Source of the DNA: Coraliomargarita sp.
GTDB taxonomy: Bacteria; Verrucomicrobiota; Verrucomicrobiia; Opitutales; Coraliomargaritaceae
NCBI GenBank assembly: GCA_965216325.1
Contig: OZ244160.1
Coordinates: 1,120,001-1,184,000 of the forward strand
Direction of reading: 5' to 3'
Length of the DNA stretch: 64,000 nt
The notes beneath the pieces are model-generated. The model saw only the letters and a list, made by a program, of their open reading frames with translations. It searched no databases and was not told the DNA's origin. The translations under genes and the position numbers were made by a program. Shown here piece after piece: positions 12,177 through 22,406 of the stretch. Position 1 is the first letter of the stretch; each line of letters starts with the position of its first letter.

Positions 12177-12887
12177 ATGATCACACATATGGATCTCAAA
12201 GAGTTTTCTGCACACCTAGACGCCACCAACCTCAAGCTGAATGCCACTGACGGCGAAATCTGCGCCCTCTGCGACGAAGCCGCAGAAGCTGCCTACGCAT
12301 CGGTCTGCGTTTATCCGACCAGCGTCGCGCTGTGCGCAAATATCCTGTATGGCACGGCTACTGGCGTCTGCACTGTGATCGGATTCCCGCATGGTCGCAG
12401 CACGCTGCAAGCAAAGAAAAGCGAGATTCTACAAGCGAAAGAGAACGGCGCAGCAGAGGTCGACATCGTCCTCAATTATGCAGCCTTACGCGCTGGCGAA
12501 AAGAGCCTGGCGTCCGAGGAGATCATTCGACTTTGTGAAACGGCTCGAGAGCAGAAGCTGCTGACCAAAATTATCGTGGAAACATGCTTTTTAAACGAGA
12601 GCCAGAAATTGACTGCTCTCGGGATCTGCGAAACTGCCAGAGCCGACTTCATCAAAACATCCACTGGATTTGGCACTGCTGGAGCAACCGTTGAAGACAT
12701 TCGCCTGTTTGCCGCGAATCGCACGAATGGTATTCAGATTAAAGCGAGTGGTGGCATCAAGACATTGAATTCCGCACTAGCGATGATTGAAGCCGGTGCC
12801 ACACGGTTGGGTGTCTCCGCAGCTTCAGCGCTTGTTGCTGAGCTTAAAGGCGAAGGCGTCGTTTCCCCGAGCGAAAGTGATTACTAG
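12177..12887 (+). CDS. deoC: Deoxyribose-phosphate aldolase
   Basis: TVIGFPHG, EVDIVLN, KIIVET, FIKTSTGF, IKASGGI; start could be the ATG at 12189. Confidence 0.94.
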   Translation: MITHMDLKEFSAHLDATNLKLNATDGEICALCDEAAEAAYASVCVYPTSVALCANILYGTATGVCTVIGFPHGRSTLQAKKSEILQAKENGAAEVDIVLNYAALRAGEKSLASEEIIRLCETAREQKLLTKIIVETCFLNESQKLTALGICETARADFIKTSTGFGTAGATVEDIRLFAANRTNGIQIKASGGIKTLNSALAMIEAGATRLGVSAASALVAELKGEGVVSPSESDY

Positions 12888-14188
12888 GTTTCGACCTCGG
12901 CATCATCCACTAGGCGCACACAAGCGGCTGCAATGAGGATCGATACGCCTCCGAGTAACACAGCATTCATACTGTTGTTGCCCAAGAGTGTTTTCATCAC
13001 TGTGCCTAATCCGAGCGATGCTGCAATTTGTGGGAGCACGATGAAGAAGTTGAAGACTCCCATGTAGAAGCCCATCTTTTCGCTGGGAATTGCATTCGAG
13101 AGCATCGCATATGGCATAGAGAGGATACTCGCCCAAGCGACTCCGACCAGAAGCATCGACAATAGTAGTAAATTCGGACTGCTAATAAACATCACCGAGC
13201 ACAAACCTAGAGCTCCGAGTGCCAAGCATACGGTGTGGATCGCCTTCGCACTGAATTTCTGAACGAGTAGAAGAAGTAAAAAGGAGAAAACAAAGGCGAC
13301 ACCATTATAGACAGAGAAGCAAACTCCACCCCACTCTGCACCGCTTTGATACTCAGGGCTACCATGTGCACCACCGAATACGTGCGTGGCCACTGCAGGG
13401 ATGAAATAAATCCACATGCAGAATAAACCAAACCATGTGAAGAACTGAACGACAGCCAACTGTTTCATCGCACGCGGCATGGAGCCAATCCCTTGAAAGA
13501 TTTCTTTAAATGCATTGGCCACTCCGGCGGTCTCACGCTTGTGCGCTTCAAAGGCCTCCATGTCTTTAGGAGGATACTCTTTGGTGCTTAGCACAGTGTA
13601 AAGCACTGCAAAAAAGAAAACTACGGAGCCTACGTAAAACGCAATGTGAACCGATTGAGGAATCGCATTGCCACTCGCATCGTTGGACACGTTAAACCAG
13701 TTGGTGAGCACCCAGGGGAGCGATGAGGACAGCACTGCCCCCAATCCAATCAGCAAACTCTGCATCGCGAATCCCGTCTTGCGCTGCTCCGAATTCAACT
13801 TGTCTCCAACGAACGCACGAAACGGCTCCATGCTGACGTTGACTGAGGCATCGAGTATCCACAGCAAGCCCGCAGCCATCCAGACCGTCCCCGAGTTCGG
13901 CATCGCGATGAGAGCGAGACTGGCACAAATCGCTCCGACTAGAAAATAAGGCCGCCGACGCCCTAAGCTGCACCAGGTTCGGTCACTGTAGTAACCGACG
14001 ATAGGTTGGACGATGAGGCCGGTAAGCGGTGCAGCCAACCATAGATATGGCATCTTACTTTCGTCTGCACCGAGGTATTGATAAATGGCGCTCATATTGG
14101 CCATCTGCAGGCCCCAGCCAAACTGGATGCCAAAGAAGCCGAAGCTCATATTCCAAATCTGCCAAAACGAAAGACGGGGTTTACTCAT
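12884..14188 (-). CDS. MFS sugar transporter (maltose/maltodextrin MalT-like)
   Basis: QIWNMSFGFFGIQFGWGLQ, SDRTW..LGRRRPY, GFYMGVFNFFIVLPQI; many TM helices; follows malQ. Confidence 0.88.
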   Translation of the reverse strand: MSKPRLSFWQIWNMSFGFFGIQFGWGLQMANMSAIYQYLGADESKMPYLWLAAPLTGLIVQPIVGYYSDRTWCSLGRRRPYFLVGAICASLALIAMPNSGTVWMAAGLLWILDASVNVSMEPFRAFVGDKLNSEQRKTGFAMQSLLIGLGAVLSSSLPWVLTNWFNVSNDASGNAIPQSVHIAFYVGSVVFFFAVLYTVLSTKEYPPKDMEAFEAHKRETAGVANAFKEIFQGIGSMPRAMKQLAVVQFFTWFGLFCMWIYFIPAVATHVFGGAHGSPEYQSGAEWGGVCFSVYNGVAFVFSFLLLLLVQKFSAKAIHTVCLALGALGLCSVMFISSPNLLLLSMLLVGVAWASILSMPYAMLSNAIPSEKMGFYMGVFNFFIVLPQIAASLGLGTVMKTLLGNNSMNAVLLGGVSILIAAACVRLVDDAEVET

Positions 14189-14212
14189 AATATACTAACG
14201 TTGATTGCCTAA

Positions 14213-15802
14213 TTAAATAGTTGAGTTGATAACTGGAATGTTTGCGAGCCCTCTTCTTGTCTCTGCACTCAGCAAGGCCAAGTCTCGGAATGCCTCATCC
14301 AATGATGCGTTTTGCGAGAGCCTCCAACGCCAGCACCCGGATGCAGTCCCGGGGGTGTTCATGCGTGCCTCCGACCCGAGCCCCAGTATGTCTTGCAGTG
14401 GGACAATTGCAGCGCCGGCATTCGACGCATACAAGCCACGGATAAAGTCCCAATGAATCATGGAGCCATCCGACCCGAAATACTCCAGTGCTTCTGTTCG
14501 CTCATGCTCGATTTGAGTTTGAGTTCGTGTGCTGTGCGCATACGCGACACTGTTAAACCACCCGACTACCGTATCGTTATCATGTGTTCCTGTGTATGCG
14601 GCACAGTTCGTATCATATGCCTCAGGGATGAATGTATGCTTCATAGCATCGTTCCCGAACGCAAATTGCTCAATCCGTATTCCCGGCAAATGAAAGCCAT
14701 CGCGTAGCGCAACGACATCGTCCGTAATAACGCCGAGATCCTCAGCAATCACTGGCAGTGGCATGTCGCAGTCCCGTGCGAAATACTCGAACAGTTCCTT
14801 CCCGGGAGTCTGTATCCAGTGCCCGTCCACTGCCGTTTCCGCATCACCTGGAATTTCCCAGCATGCGGCGAATCCTCGAAAGTGATCAATCCGCACAATG
14901 TCGACCCATTCCAGCATTTTTCGTAATCGTGCACGCCACCATGCAAAACCATCCGCTTGATGCGCTTCCCACCGATACAATGGATTTCCCCATAGCTGGC
15001 CAGTCTCTGAAAAGTAGTCTGGAGGCACGCCTGCAACCACACTGGGACTGCCATCCTGATTTAGCCTGAACAACTCCGGCTGGCACCAGACATCGGCACT
15101 ATCGTGTGCAACGAAGATCGGTAGATCGCCGATGATGCGGACGCCATGCTCAGTTGCTAGAGCACGAACGTGCTCCCACTGTTCGCGTAATAAGAATTGT
15201 TCAAGACGTATTCTATCGAGTTCCGTGGCTGACTTTTGTTTGAAGTGATTGAGCGCTTCAGCCTGACGATCCCGGTAAGCCGCAGGCCACTCAGTCCATG
15301 CCAGCCCGCCGTGCTCATTTTTGAGCGCAATGAAGACTGCAAAGTCCTCCAGCCACTCAGACTCATTAATTCGGAATGCCTCGTATGCTACGCGCAGTTT
15401 GTGCCCCGAGTTGAGTTTAAAGAAACGATCCGCTGCGCGGCAGGACATTTCCATTCGATTGGCATATGCGACAGCATAGTTTACCTGCTTATCATCAGCT
15501 AAGCACAGTGCGCTGAGCTCATCAGCATCCAACAGCCCACAGCTATGTAAATGATCCGGACTGAGGAAAATGGGATTGGCCGCAAAGGCGGATAGTCCTT
15601 GATATGGAGAATCTCCATAGCCAGCAGGATTGAGTGGTAATATTTGCCAGAGGTTTTGCTTTGCTCCTGCGAGACCTTCAATCCACTGCAATGAGCTTGT
15701 GCCAAAGTCGCCAACTCCATACTTACTGGGCAGTGAGCTGACATGCATCAGAATGCCTGCATCACGCTCGAAGAGTTGTTTCATGGTTTCCATCAAGTTC
15801 AA
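14213..15802 (-). CDS. malQ: 4-alpha-glucanotransferase (amylomaltase, GH77)
   Basis: GILMHVSSLP, WQILPLNP, GVPPDYFSETGQLWGNPLY, RIDHFRGF, IAEDLG, YTGTHDNDT. Confidence 0.95.
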   Translation of the reverse strand: MNLMETMKQLFERDAGILMHVSSLPSKYGVGDFGTSSLQWIEGLAGAKQNLWQILPLNPAGYGDSPYQGLSAFAANPIFLSPDHLHSCGLLDADELSALCLADDKQVNYAVAYANRMEMSCRAADRFFKLNSGHKLRVAYEAFRINESEWLEDFAVFIALKNEHGGLAWTEWPAAYRDRQAEALNHFKQKSATELDRIRLEQFLLREQWEHVRALATEHGVRIIGDLPIFVAHDSADVWCQPELFRLNQDGSPSVVAGVPPDYFSETGQLWGNPLYRWEAHQADGFAWWRARLRKMLEWVDIVRIDHFRGFAACWEIPGDAETAVDGHWIQTPGKELFEYFARDCDMPLPVIAEDLGVITDDVVALRDGFHLPGIRIEQFAFGNDAMKHTFIPEAYDTNCAAYTGTHDNDTVVGWFNSVAYAHSTRTQTQIEHERTEALEYFGSDGSMIHWDFIRGLYASNAGAAIVPLQDILGLGSEARMNTPGTASGCWRWRLSQNASLDEAFRDLALLSAETRRGLANIPVINSTI

Positions 15803-15849
15803 TTAACACCAATTTAAGGGACTCGTCTTCGATCGCAGCTGATTGCCAA

Positions 15850-15862
15850 TTTGACAGTTGAA
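15850..15862. promoter_or_regulatory. Candidate LacI-type operator upstream of malQ
   Basis: TTTGACAGTTGAA, matching the locus palindrome TTCAACWGTTGAA. Confidence 0.6.
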
Positions 15863-15905
15863 CCAGCGGTTGACTCCCCAAACTCCATAGCAACAACAGA
15901 ATCCA

Positions 15906-18900
15906 TTAGTTAACATAAATCGCTGACTGCATCGGCTCCAGGCGTAGACTGATATGGCCATCCTCAGCTATTGCAGTCGTTCCGCTAAGCACATCACTGA
16001 GTGCTTCAGAGCTAATTTCAGGAGCTAATTTCAGCTTGAGCACCTTTACCTCGGACGAACGGTTAAAGACAATCAATGCTCGGTCCTGATCGTATGCTCG
16101 GATGTATGCATAGACATCCTCACCCGCGACTAAAACACGCCGACTTCCCTGGTAGAGCGCGGGGTGTTTCCGGCGCGCTTTGGCTACCGTCGAAAAGTGT
16201 GCACGAACGGACATTTCATCAGCACTGACATCCTGTCCAAATCGCATCATCCTACGGTTGTCAGGGTCGCCAGCACCGGTCATCCCGATTTCATCCCCGT
16301 AGTAGATCATTGGAATCCCGTCGATTGTGAACAGGAAGGTCAGTGCCATCTTGAGCTTCGCGTATGATGCTGGATCATCGACTTGCAGCGTCCGGCTCCA
16401 TCCCACTTCTTCATCGTCCGGTTCATTGGCATCCGGCAAGTCGCCATCAGCATAGGCCATAAAGCGCGGCTTATCATGATTGCCGACTAGGGCTGACATG
16501 CGCACGGTGCGTCCATAACTTTGCTCTGAGGCTCGCAGCGCAGTTTCTAAATCGGCAAAGCTAACCGCATGCTGCGCAAAACAAGGTACCAAGACATCGT
16601 AGAGCGGAAAATCAAACTGCCCATCCAGCATATTGGCGCCAACGAAGTCGGCGATTCCCTCGCGGCTCTGAAAAGTCTCTCCAACAAAGTAGTGGTTTTC
16701 CTCAGGGAAAGCATCGCGCATGCGGGTCCGGAACCGCCACCAGAAATCAGGGCGAATGTGCTTAACTGCGTCCAATCGATATCCGTCCAGTTTGTATTCA
16801 TGTATCCAATACGATGCATCTTCGAGAAGGAACTCAACCGCCTCTGGGTTTCTAAAATCAAAAGCAGGTAAGAATGGCTCAAACCATGTAGTGTATGGGT
16901 TATCGTTCCAGCGCCGTAAGTTACGGCTACCATCACTCAATTCCAACTGGCCGAATAAGTCAGGGCGTTCGGTTCGAATGGGGTTGCTGGCATGCACATG
17001 TTTCAGGACGAGGTCTGCGAGCACCTTCATGTCGCGCTCATGCGCAGTTTCAATAAGCTGCTGTAAGTCTTCTTCTCCCCCAAACCGTTGCTCGACGCCA
17101 TAGCGCTCAACCGGCCAATAACCATGATAGCCCGTATAAGACCGATACGGCGGCAAATATTCTTTCCATGCATCCATCGGATTTTGATTCAATGGTGCTA
17201 GCCAGATTACATTCACGCCTAGTTCCTCGAAGTAATTACTTTCGAGTTTTTTACGAATGCCTTCAAAGTCTCCGCCTTGGTAGTTGGCTGCGTCTGCGAC
17301 ATCAGGGGCATTGACAGCGTTCGAATTGGATGTGTTGCCGTCGTAAAAACGATCAGTGAACGCGTAGTAGATAATATCGTCGCGCCAATCATCAATGCTG
17401 TCGCCTTGGAAGCGGGCAATTACAGGCAGACTACAGCGATTGGTCTCATCTATTGCCAGAACCCTGATGAGTGCCGGTTCTACAAGTGTGGGACTCTTTG
17501 CGATGACTATCTCCTGTCCGTTAACCTGAGCGCTCAGCGGGATGACGCCGCCGGATTGTGGTAAGGCCTCTGCGATCACTGACTGTAGCAGTTTATTGGA
17601 CTGCAAGACTATTGATACCGCCGTCACCTGAGACACAAAGACTGTTGCAGGTTCAGCATTCGGCCCACCCTCACCGATCGACGCGAGACTGTTGTGGCCA
17701 CCATAGCCGTCAGCTTCGCGTTGGTCATTGTCCGGGTCTGTTACCCAGTTGCCGTCAATGATGTATTTATAGCGGTAGATGCCGGCATTGAGTACCTTGC
17801 TTAACGTCCAACCCTTTGGAGTCTTTTCCATAAGGTCAGCATTCGTGTTCCAGCCATTGAAATCGCCGACCAGCGAGACGGAACCGGCCGACTGATAGCC
17901 GTTCAACTTGAACTCAAAAGTGGGTGTCGATTCGACCACCAAGGTTAAGCGGCTCTCGATGGTTTGCGCGTCCTCGGTGATCGGCTCTAGGCTAAGTGGA
18001 ATGATCCGTGGGCCATTGACTCCCGGAGCCACCGAAAGCTTAAGCTGATGGTTTAAGGGATCCAGGTCCACGCCGATTCCGTCGGTTGCAAGCGCGGCAA
18101 AGCGATGTGTTGATCCGGGGTTACCAAAGCGCCGCAGATCAATCTGCTTCATTTCTCCACCACGTAGACATATTACAGGAGGCGCACCTAGATAGGCTCT
18201 GCCTGGCTTAAGCACGGGACTCAGTGCCATTTCCTTATCTGGCGCATCCTCGGTGCTGAGCTCCCAGTAATATGCAGAGAGTGGCTTCAGGTTATCCAGG
18301 TAGATGCCTTCTCGTATGGCCTCTGCGACAGGAATTGCACGCACCGGTTGGCCATCATTAGCGAGGCGGTCACGTGCAATCAACCATTGGTCTATATTGC
18401 GCTCCAAGTGCAAACTTTCGGTGACTGCTTGCGGGAGGCGCACGCGAACGTGGCGTAATGTGGCGGATGGGTGAAAATTGCTAGTGACCAAGAAGTGAGA
18501 GTCCTCGGCAGGGTCACTGCGAACGTAGGCATGTAACCAATGGCCGGATGGCCCAATGTCTTCGACTTTACCGAAATACGGATTGGCACGATTCGGTAAG
18601 TTCAGCAGGTAACTGTTTCCTGTAGAAAAAGCCGGATGGCTCTGCAGTTGTAGCAATCGAGTATACCATGCGCGCAACTCGCGTTGCTCTTCGGATAGCA
18701 ATGCGCCATCAGCGGAACCGGAGTTCCACCATTTGTTCAACTCCGGAAGTGACCAATAGTCAAAAATCGTGGTCCGCTGATCATCTCCTCCAAAGCCCTC
18801 GACACCAAGGCCTGGTTCGCCGACTTCCTGCCCATGATAAATCATCACCGGGCCGCGGGACAGCCCAAACAGCGTCGCTGAAACCGGTCGCCCCACATGC

Positions 18901-20639
18901 TTCCCCTGGCCACCCCAGGTGTCCGGATGGGCCAGACGGATTTCGTCATGGTTCTCAGCATAGCGAAGTGCACAGTCAAAAAAGAAAGCATTCAGGCCTT
19001 GTTGGACATCATCCAGGTCATTGGCCCATGCCTTGCCGCTCATTAGATGCTCAAGCGTATCGTATCCAGGATCGTCATACACGGCATTAAAGCCGGCATC
19101 TAACAGTGCGAGCATCACACTATCGTCGGGGCGTAGAGATGGATCACGACTCGGCACCTTGGCGGGATCGTCGTTGTAAGCTTCTGCGCAAAAGAAAACA
19201 TCCGGATTGCGCTCCTTCGCGCGATGGATCAGCCACTTCCAAAACTCCGGCGGCACCATGTGCGACATATCAGAGCGGAAGCCATCCACACCCATGCTTT
19301 GCCAATACGCAATAATGACATCCATCTTCCTCCAGGTGTCCGGGATTCGTTTCTTCGGATCCACGGCTGAAGGGTATTCAGGTGCGCGACCGGGGTTTAA
19401 GAAATCAAAGCCATAGTTAAGTTTTACCGTTTCATACCAGTCACCATTGGATGGACTCCAATTTGCGACATTATTACCCGTGACTCGACCGTGGTGTCTT
19501 TCTGGAGCAAAATAGCCATCTGCCCCACCGACGATTTGTGCCGTTTCGTTGACCACGCGGCCTGTGGAGTGATCGACAGTCGGCAATCGCAGTGGTGCCC
19601 CGCCCTGCACAATTTCAGGGGTGAGGTAAAAGAAGTTGTTTCGCGGGTCGAAGTAAGCACTCCGGCGGTCGTGGTTGCCAAACTCCCAGTCAGGATAGAT
19701 GTCGGAGCGATAACTGCGGGCAACATGGTTCGGCACAAAGTCGATGATCAGCGCAATGCCAGCATCCTCCATACGAATCGCCAAATCACGAAACTCATCT
19801 AATCGTGCTCCGGGCGTGTCGGCGTAGTCAGGTGAGACGTCAAAGTAATCGCGAATCGCATAGGGGCTTCCTGCAATACCTTTTAGTAAATCCGGATCGT
19901 CAGGCTTTTGCCCGACACTACTGTAATCTGTTGAGGTTGCTTGCTGAAGAACACCCGTTAGCCAAATGTGTGTAAAGCCATCCTCCTTGAAGCCTTCGAG
20001 CACTGCTGGGCTGAGATCGCTAAATTTACCCGTTCCATTCTCTAGCACAGTGCCGTTGGTTTTGCGTGTTTCGTTCTCATTGCCGAAGAGTCGCGGGAGC
20101 ATCTGGTAGATGCGTGGCTTTGCGTCCGGCTCTCCATAGCGCCCAGCCAGACGATAATCCCCCGAGTCGGCAACGGTGTAGTAAAATGGCAAATAAACAT
20201 CCCCCTCTCCGGATCGGCTGGCATAGCTGTGGTCTAACGCAAACTCACCATTTGTACTCACTGTAAACGACTGAAACGCTCGCACGCGATCGAGCGCATC
20301 ATAGCCATCCATTGCCAAGTGTAAGTGATTGCCTGTGATGGAAACCGAGACCTTCGCATCCTGAAAATTGCTCCACTTCAGGCCGTGGTAGACACGAACC
20401 CCTAGCGGACGCTCGTCTTGCAGCGCAATCAGCACGTCGGCCTGAAAGGGTAAAAATAAACGCCTGCCTTCTCTCCCCTCTACAATTGTCGATCCCACTC
20501 CGTCGGTCGCATCCAGTGCGATCCAGTGCATGGCAGCAGCGTCTGACTGGGGCAGTTCCAGGTCTAATTCAATCGATTGAGCCTGAATACAAAGTGCTAC
20601 GAAATTGACCAGAACAAGAAGGAGCCGTTGGAACATCAT
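15906..20639 (-). CDS. Secreted tandem alpha-amylase-family protein: GH13 - CBM48/AMPK-type glycogen-binding module - GH13
   Basis: Signal peptide; domain 1 DFVPNH/DGFRSD/AEAY/ENHD; module VSLVGDFNGWN..YKYIIDGNWVTDP; domain 2 DLVLKH/DGYRLDAVKH/GETF/GNHD. Confidence 0.88.
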   Translation of the reverse strand: MMFQRLLLVLVNFVALCIQAQSIELDLELPQSDAAAMHWIALDATDGVGSTIVEGREGRRLFLPFQADVLIALQDERPLGVRVYHGLKWSNFQDAKVSVSITGNHLHLAMDGYDALDRVRAFQSFTVSTNGEFALDHSYASRSGEGDVYLPFYYTVADSGDYRLAGRYGEPDAKPRIYQMLPRLFGNENETRKTNGTVLENGTGKFSDLSPAVLEGFKEDGFTHIWLTGVLQQATSTDYSSVGQKPDDPDLLKGIAGSPYAIRDYFDVSPDYADTPGARLDEFRDLAIRMEDAGIALIIDFVPNHVARSYRSDIYPDWEFGNHDRRSAYFDPRNNFFYLTPEIVQGGAPLRLPTVDHSTGRVVNETAQIVGGADGYFAPERHHGRVTGNNVANWSPSNGDWYETVKLNYGFDFLNPGRAPEYPSAVDPKKRIPDTWRKMDVIIAYWQSMGVDGFRSDMSHMVPPEFWKWLIHRAKERNPDVFFCAEAYNDDPAKVPSRDPSLRPDDSVMLALLDAGFNAVYDDPGYDTLEHLMSGKAWANDLDDVQQGLNAFFFDCALRYAENHDEIRLAHPDTWGGQGKHVGRPVSATLFGLSRGPVMIYHGQEVGEPGLGVEGFGGDDQRTTIFDYWSLPELNKWWNSGSADGALLSEEQRELRAWYTRLLQLQSHPAFSTGNSYLLNLPNRANPYFGKVEDIGPSGHWLHAYVRSDPAEDSHFLVTSNFHPSATLRHVRVRLPQAVTESLHLERNIDQWLIARDRLANDGQPVRAIPVAEAIREGIYLDNLKPLSAYYWELSTEDAPDKEMALSPVLKPGRAYLGAPPVICLRGGEMKQIDLRRFGNPGSTHRFAALATDGIGVDLDPLNHQLKLSVAPGVNGPRIIPLSLEPITEDAQTIESRLTLVVESTPTFEFKLNGYQSAGSVSLVGDFNGWNTNADLMEKTPKGWTLSKVLNAGIYRYKYIIDGNWVTDPDNDQREADGYGGHNSLASIGEGGPNAEPATVFVSQVTAVSIVLQSNKLLQSVIAEALPQSGGVIPLSAQVNGQEIVIAKSPTLVEPALIRVLAIDETNRCSLPVIARFQGDSIDDWRDDIIYYAFTDRFYDGNTSNSNAVNAPDVADAANYQGGDFEGIRKKLESNYFEELGVNVIWLAPLNQNPMDAWKEYLPPYRSYTGYHGYWPVERYGVEQRFGGEEDLQQLIETAHERDMKVLADLVLKHVHASNPIRTERPDLFGQLELSDGSRNLRRWNDNPYTTWFEPFLPAFDFRNPEAVEFLLEDASYWIHEYKLDGYRLDAVKHIRPDFWWRFRTRMRDAFPEENHYFVGETFQSREGIADFVGANMLDGQFDFPLYDVLVPCFAQHAVSFADLETALRASEQSYGRTVRMSALVGNHDKPRFMAYADGDLPDANEPDDEEVGWSRTLQVDDPASYAKLKMALTFLFTIDGIPMIYYGDEIGMTGAGDPDNRRMMRFGQDVSADEMSVRAHFSTVAKARRKHPALYQGSRRVLVAGEDVYAYIRAYDQDRALIVFNRSSEVKVLKLKLAPEISSEALSDVLSGTTAIAEDGHISLRLEPMQSAIYVN

Positions 20640-20718
20640 TTAGAAAATCAATAAGATCGTTAAAGGAGATACGATTTAACTAAAAAGGTTTCCTCGTAAC
20701 CCTGCACACTTAGCTCAA

Positions 20719-20752
20719 TTGGACAGTTGAATTTGAGAATTCAACTGTTTCG
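20719..20752. promoter_or_regulatory. Two candidate operators in the divergent promoter region
   Basis: TTGGACAGTTGAA (20719-20731) and TTCAACTGTTTCG (20740-20752). Confidence 0.6.
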
Positions 20753-20817
20753 CGCACAGTGGACTTAACTGGACATGCTCAACTTGTTTATGTAGTGTGC
20801 ATAAACCACATCTAGCC

Positions 20818-21615
20818 ATGAATACTTCCCGACTTCTTCCCTTATTCTGCCTAAGTGGTACTTCTCTTTTTGCGCTTACCGCGTCGGATGATGCATCTAA
20901 TTATGGCGGCGGCTGGACCTCGGGAACGAACTTCGGATCAGGCTTCACCGATTGGTTCTTAACCAGCGATGATAATGCAGGCGCTGGATTTGCAGGTAGT
21001 TTTGTAGATGATTCCACGGATGGTGCAGGCGATATTAATACAGGCACCAATCAATCATTTGGACTCTTCGCAAACTCCGACGCTGGGGCGACTTCTTCCG
21101 CAATACGAAGTTTCTCTAGTGCACTCTCCATCAACGATCAGTTCGAAGTCGACTTGGCACTCAATTTTGATAACGGCAACAAGGGCTTCAATCTCCGTAA
21201 TGGCGGCACTCAAGTTTTCGGCTTCAATGTGGGCGGCGGAGCGCAAATTAATACTGCGTTTACCAACAATGCCACGACAGCAATTTACGACTATGGCGAT
21301 GATGCTATGCTGCATGCTGTCATTAAGGTGATTGGGGCGGACACTATTGAATATGAGATTAGTCGTATCTCCAATCTGGGAACACAAGGTGTGCTCTTTG
21401 CGGGCTCCATAACTGGCATTACGAACCCCATTGATAATGTCGAATTTTACATCACCGGCACGGACGATGGTGACCCGGCTAACAACTTTTACTTCAATTC
21501 ATTGATTGTGAGTGAGGTTCCGGAGCTGAGTTCAACCAGTTTGCTTCTAGGCATAGCAACGTTCAGTTTTTGTTTCCGGCGCCGGAATTTACGGTCCTTC
21601 AGGTCGCTAAAATAG
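20818..21615 (+). CDS. Secreted PEP-CTERM-like surface protein (VPEL variant)
   Basis: Signal peptide; C-terminus VPELSSTSLLLGIATFSFCFRRR; ATG at 20818 preferred. Confidence 0.75.
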   Translation: MNTSRLLPLFCLSGTSLFALTASDDASNYGGGWTSGTNFGSGFTDWFLTSDDNAGAGFAGSFVDDSTDGAGDINTGTNQSFGLFANSDAGATSSAIRSFSSALSINDQFEVDLALNFDNGNKGFNLRNGGTQVFGFNVGGGAQINTAFTNNATTAIYDYGDDAMLHAVIKVIGADTIEYEISRISNLGTQGVLFAGSITGITNPIDNVEFYITGTDDGDPANNFYFNSLIVSEVPELSSTSLLLGIATFSFCFRRRNLRSFRSLK

Positions 21616-21620
21616 CAGTA

Positions 21621-21633
21621 GTAAACGGTTGAA
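21621..21633. promoter_or_regulatory. Weaker candidate operator upstream of the second PEP-CTERM gene
   Basis: GTAAACGGTTGAA keeps the GTTGAA half-site. Confidence 0.4.
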
Positions 21634-21728
21634 CTTTAAAAAGTTTTCAAAGCGTGAATTCATTACACATATTTTACTTAACTATTATTTAGCTGTAACT
21701 CATTTACCCCTTAATTGTCTTAACATCT

Positions 21729-22352
21729 ATGAAACCTACACTACTTGCTGCTAGCACGTGCCTACTCGCCTTCTCCACAGCTCATGCCGCCTCGGGGATT
21801 TTTGGATCCTATATTGGCATAACAGCAGAAGGCTCATCTGAAGCCATTTACGGTGAGCAGCAGCCGGGACCAAACTTTGTCTTGGGTTTCAATAGTGCTG
21901 ATCTCGGCGATTTAAACCTAGGTGAGACGCTAACAATTTCTTCAGCTGAAGTGCTGACTTTTAAGAACGGAATCAGTGATGTTTTTGGTGCGGAGCTAAA
22001 TTATCGCGTCTATGAAAATGGCGGCAGTGCCGGTGCGTTCAATACGGTAGCGATCAACTTTGGTAGCAACGCCCCTTTTACTGATTTTGCAGGTAATAGC
22101 TTTTCCAATGGCGGTGACCAAAGCTGGAGCAACATTGCATCCACTCCGGAGGTCGCGAGTGCGCTAACTGCGGGTGATTATGTTCTAGAGATTTTCTGGA
22201 AAGCCACGACAAGTGATGGCGATCAGTTTGTAAACAACGGGGGAAGTAACTATCTGGCTAGCTTTACAGTTGTTCCAGAGCCTAGCTCTTACGCGTTGAT
22301 TGCAGGTATGCTCGGAGTTTGTATTGTTGCCCTTCGCCGGCGACACGCCTAA
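21729..22352 (+). CDS. PEP-CTERM sorting-domain surface protein
   Basis: Signal peptide (..STAHA); C-terminus VPEPSSYALIAGMLGVCIVALRRRHA. Confidence 0.92.
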   Translation: MKPTLLAASTCLLAFSTAHAASGIFGSYIGITAEGSSEAIYGEQQPGPNFVLGFNSADLGDLNLGETLTISSAEVLTFKNGISDVFGAELNYRVYENGGSAGAFNTVAINFGSNAPFTDFAGNSFSNGGDQSWSNIASTPEVASALTAGDYVLEIFWKATTSDGDQFVNNGGSNYLASFTVVPEPSSYALIAGMLGVCIVALRRRHA

Positions 22353-22373
22353 GCAAGCGATAACTTTTATCCT

Positions 22374-22404
22374 AAGGCACTGATTATTATCAGTGCCTTT
22401 TTTT
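22374..22404 (+). terminator. Intrinsic terminator; also the insertion target of the group IIC intron
   Basis: AAGGCACTGAT-TATT-ATCAGTGCCTT followed by a T tract. Confidence 0.88.
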
Positions 22405-22406
22405 GT

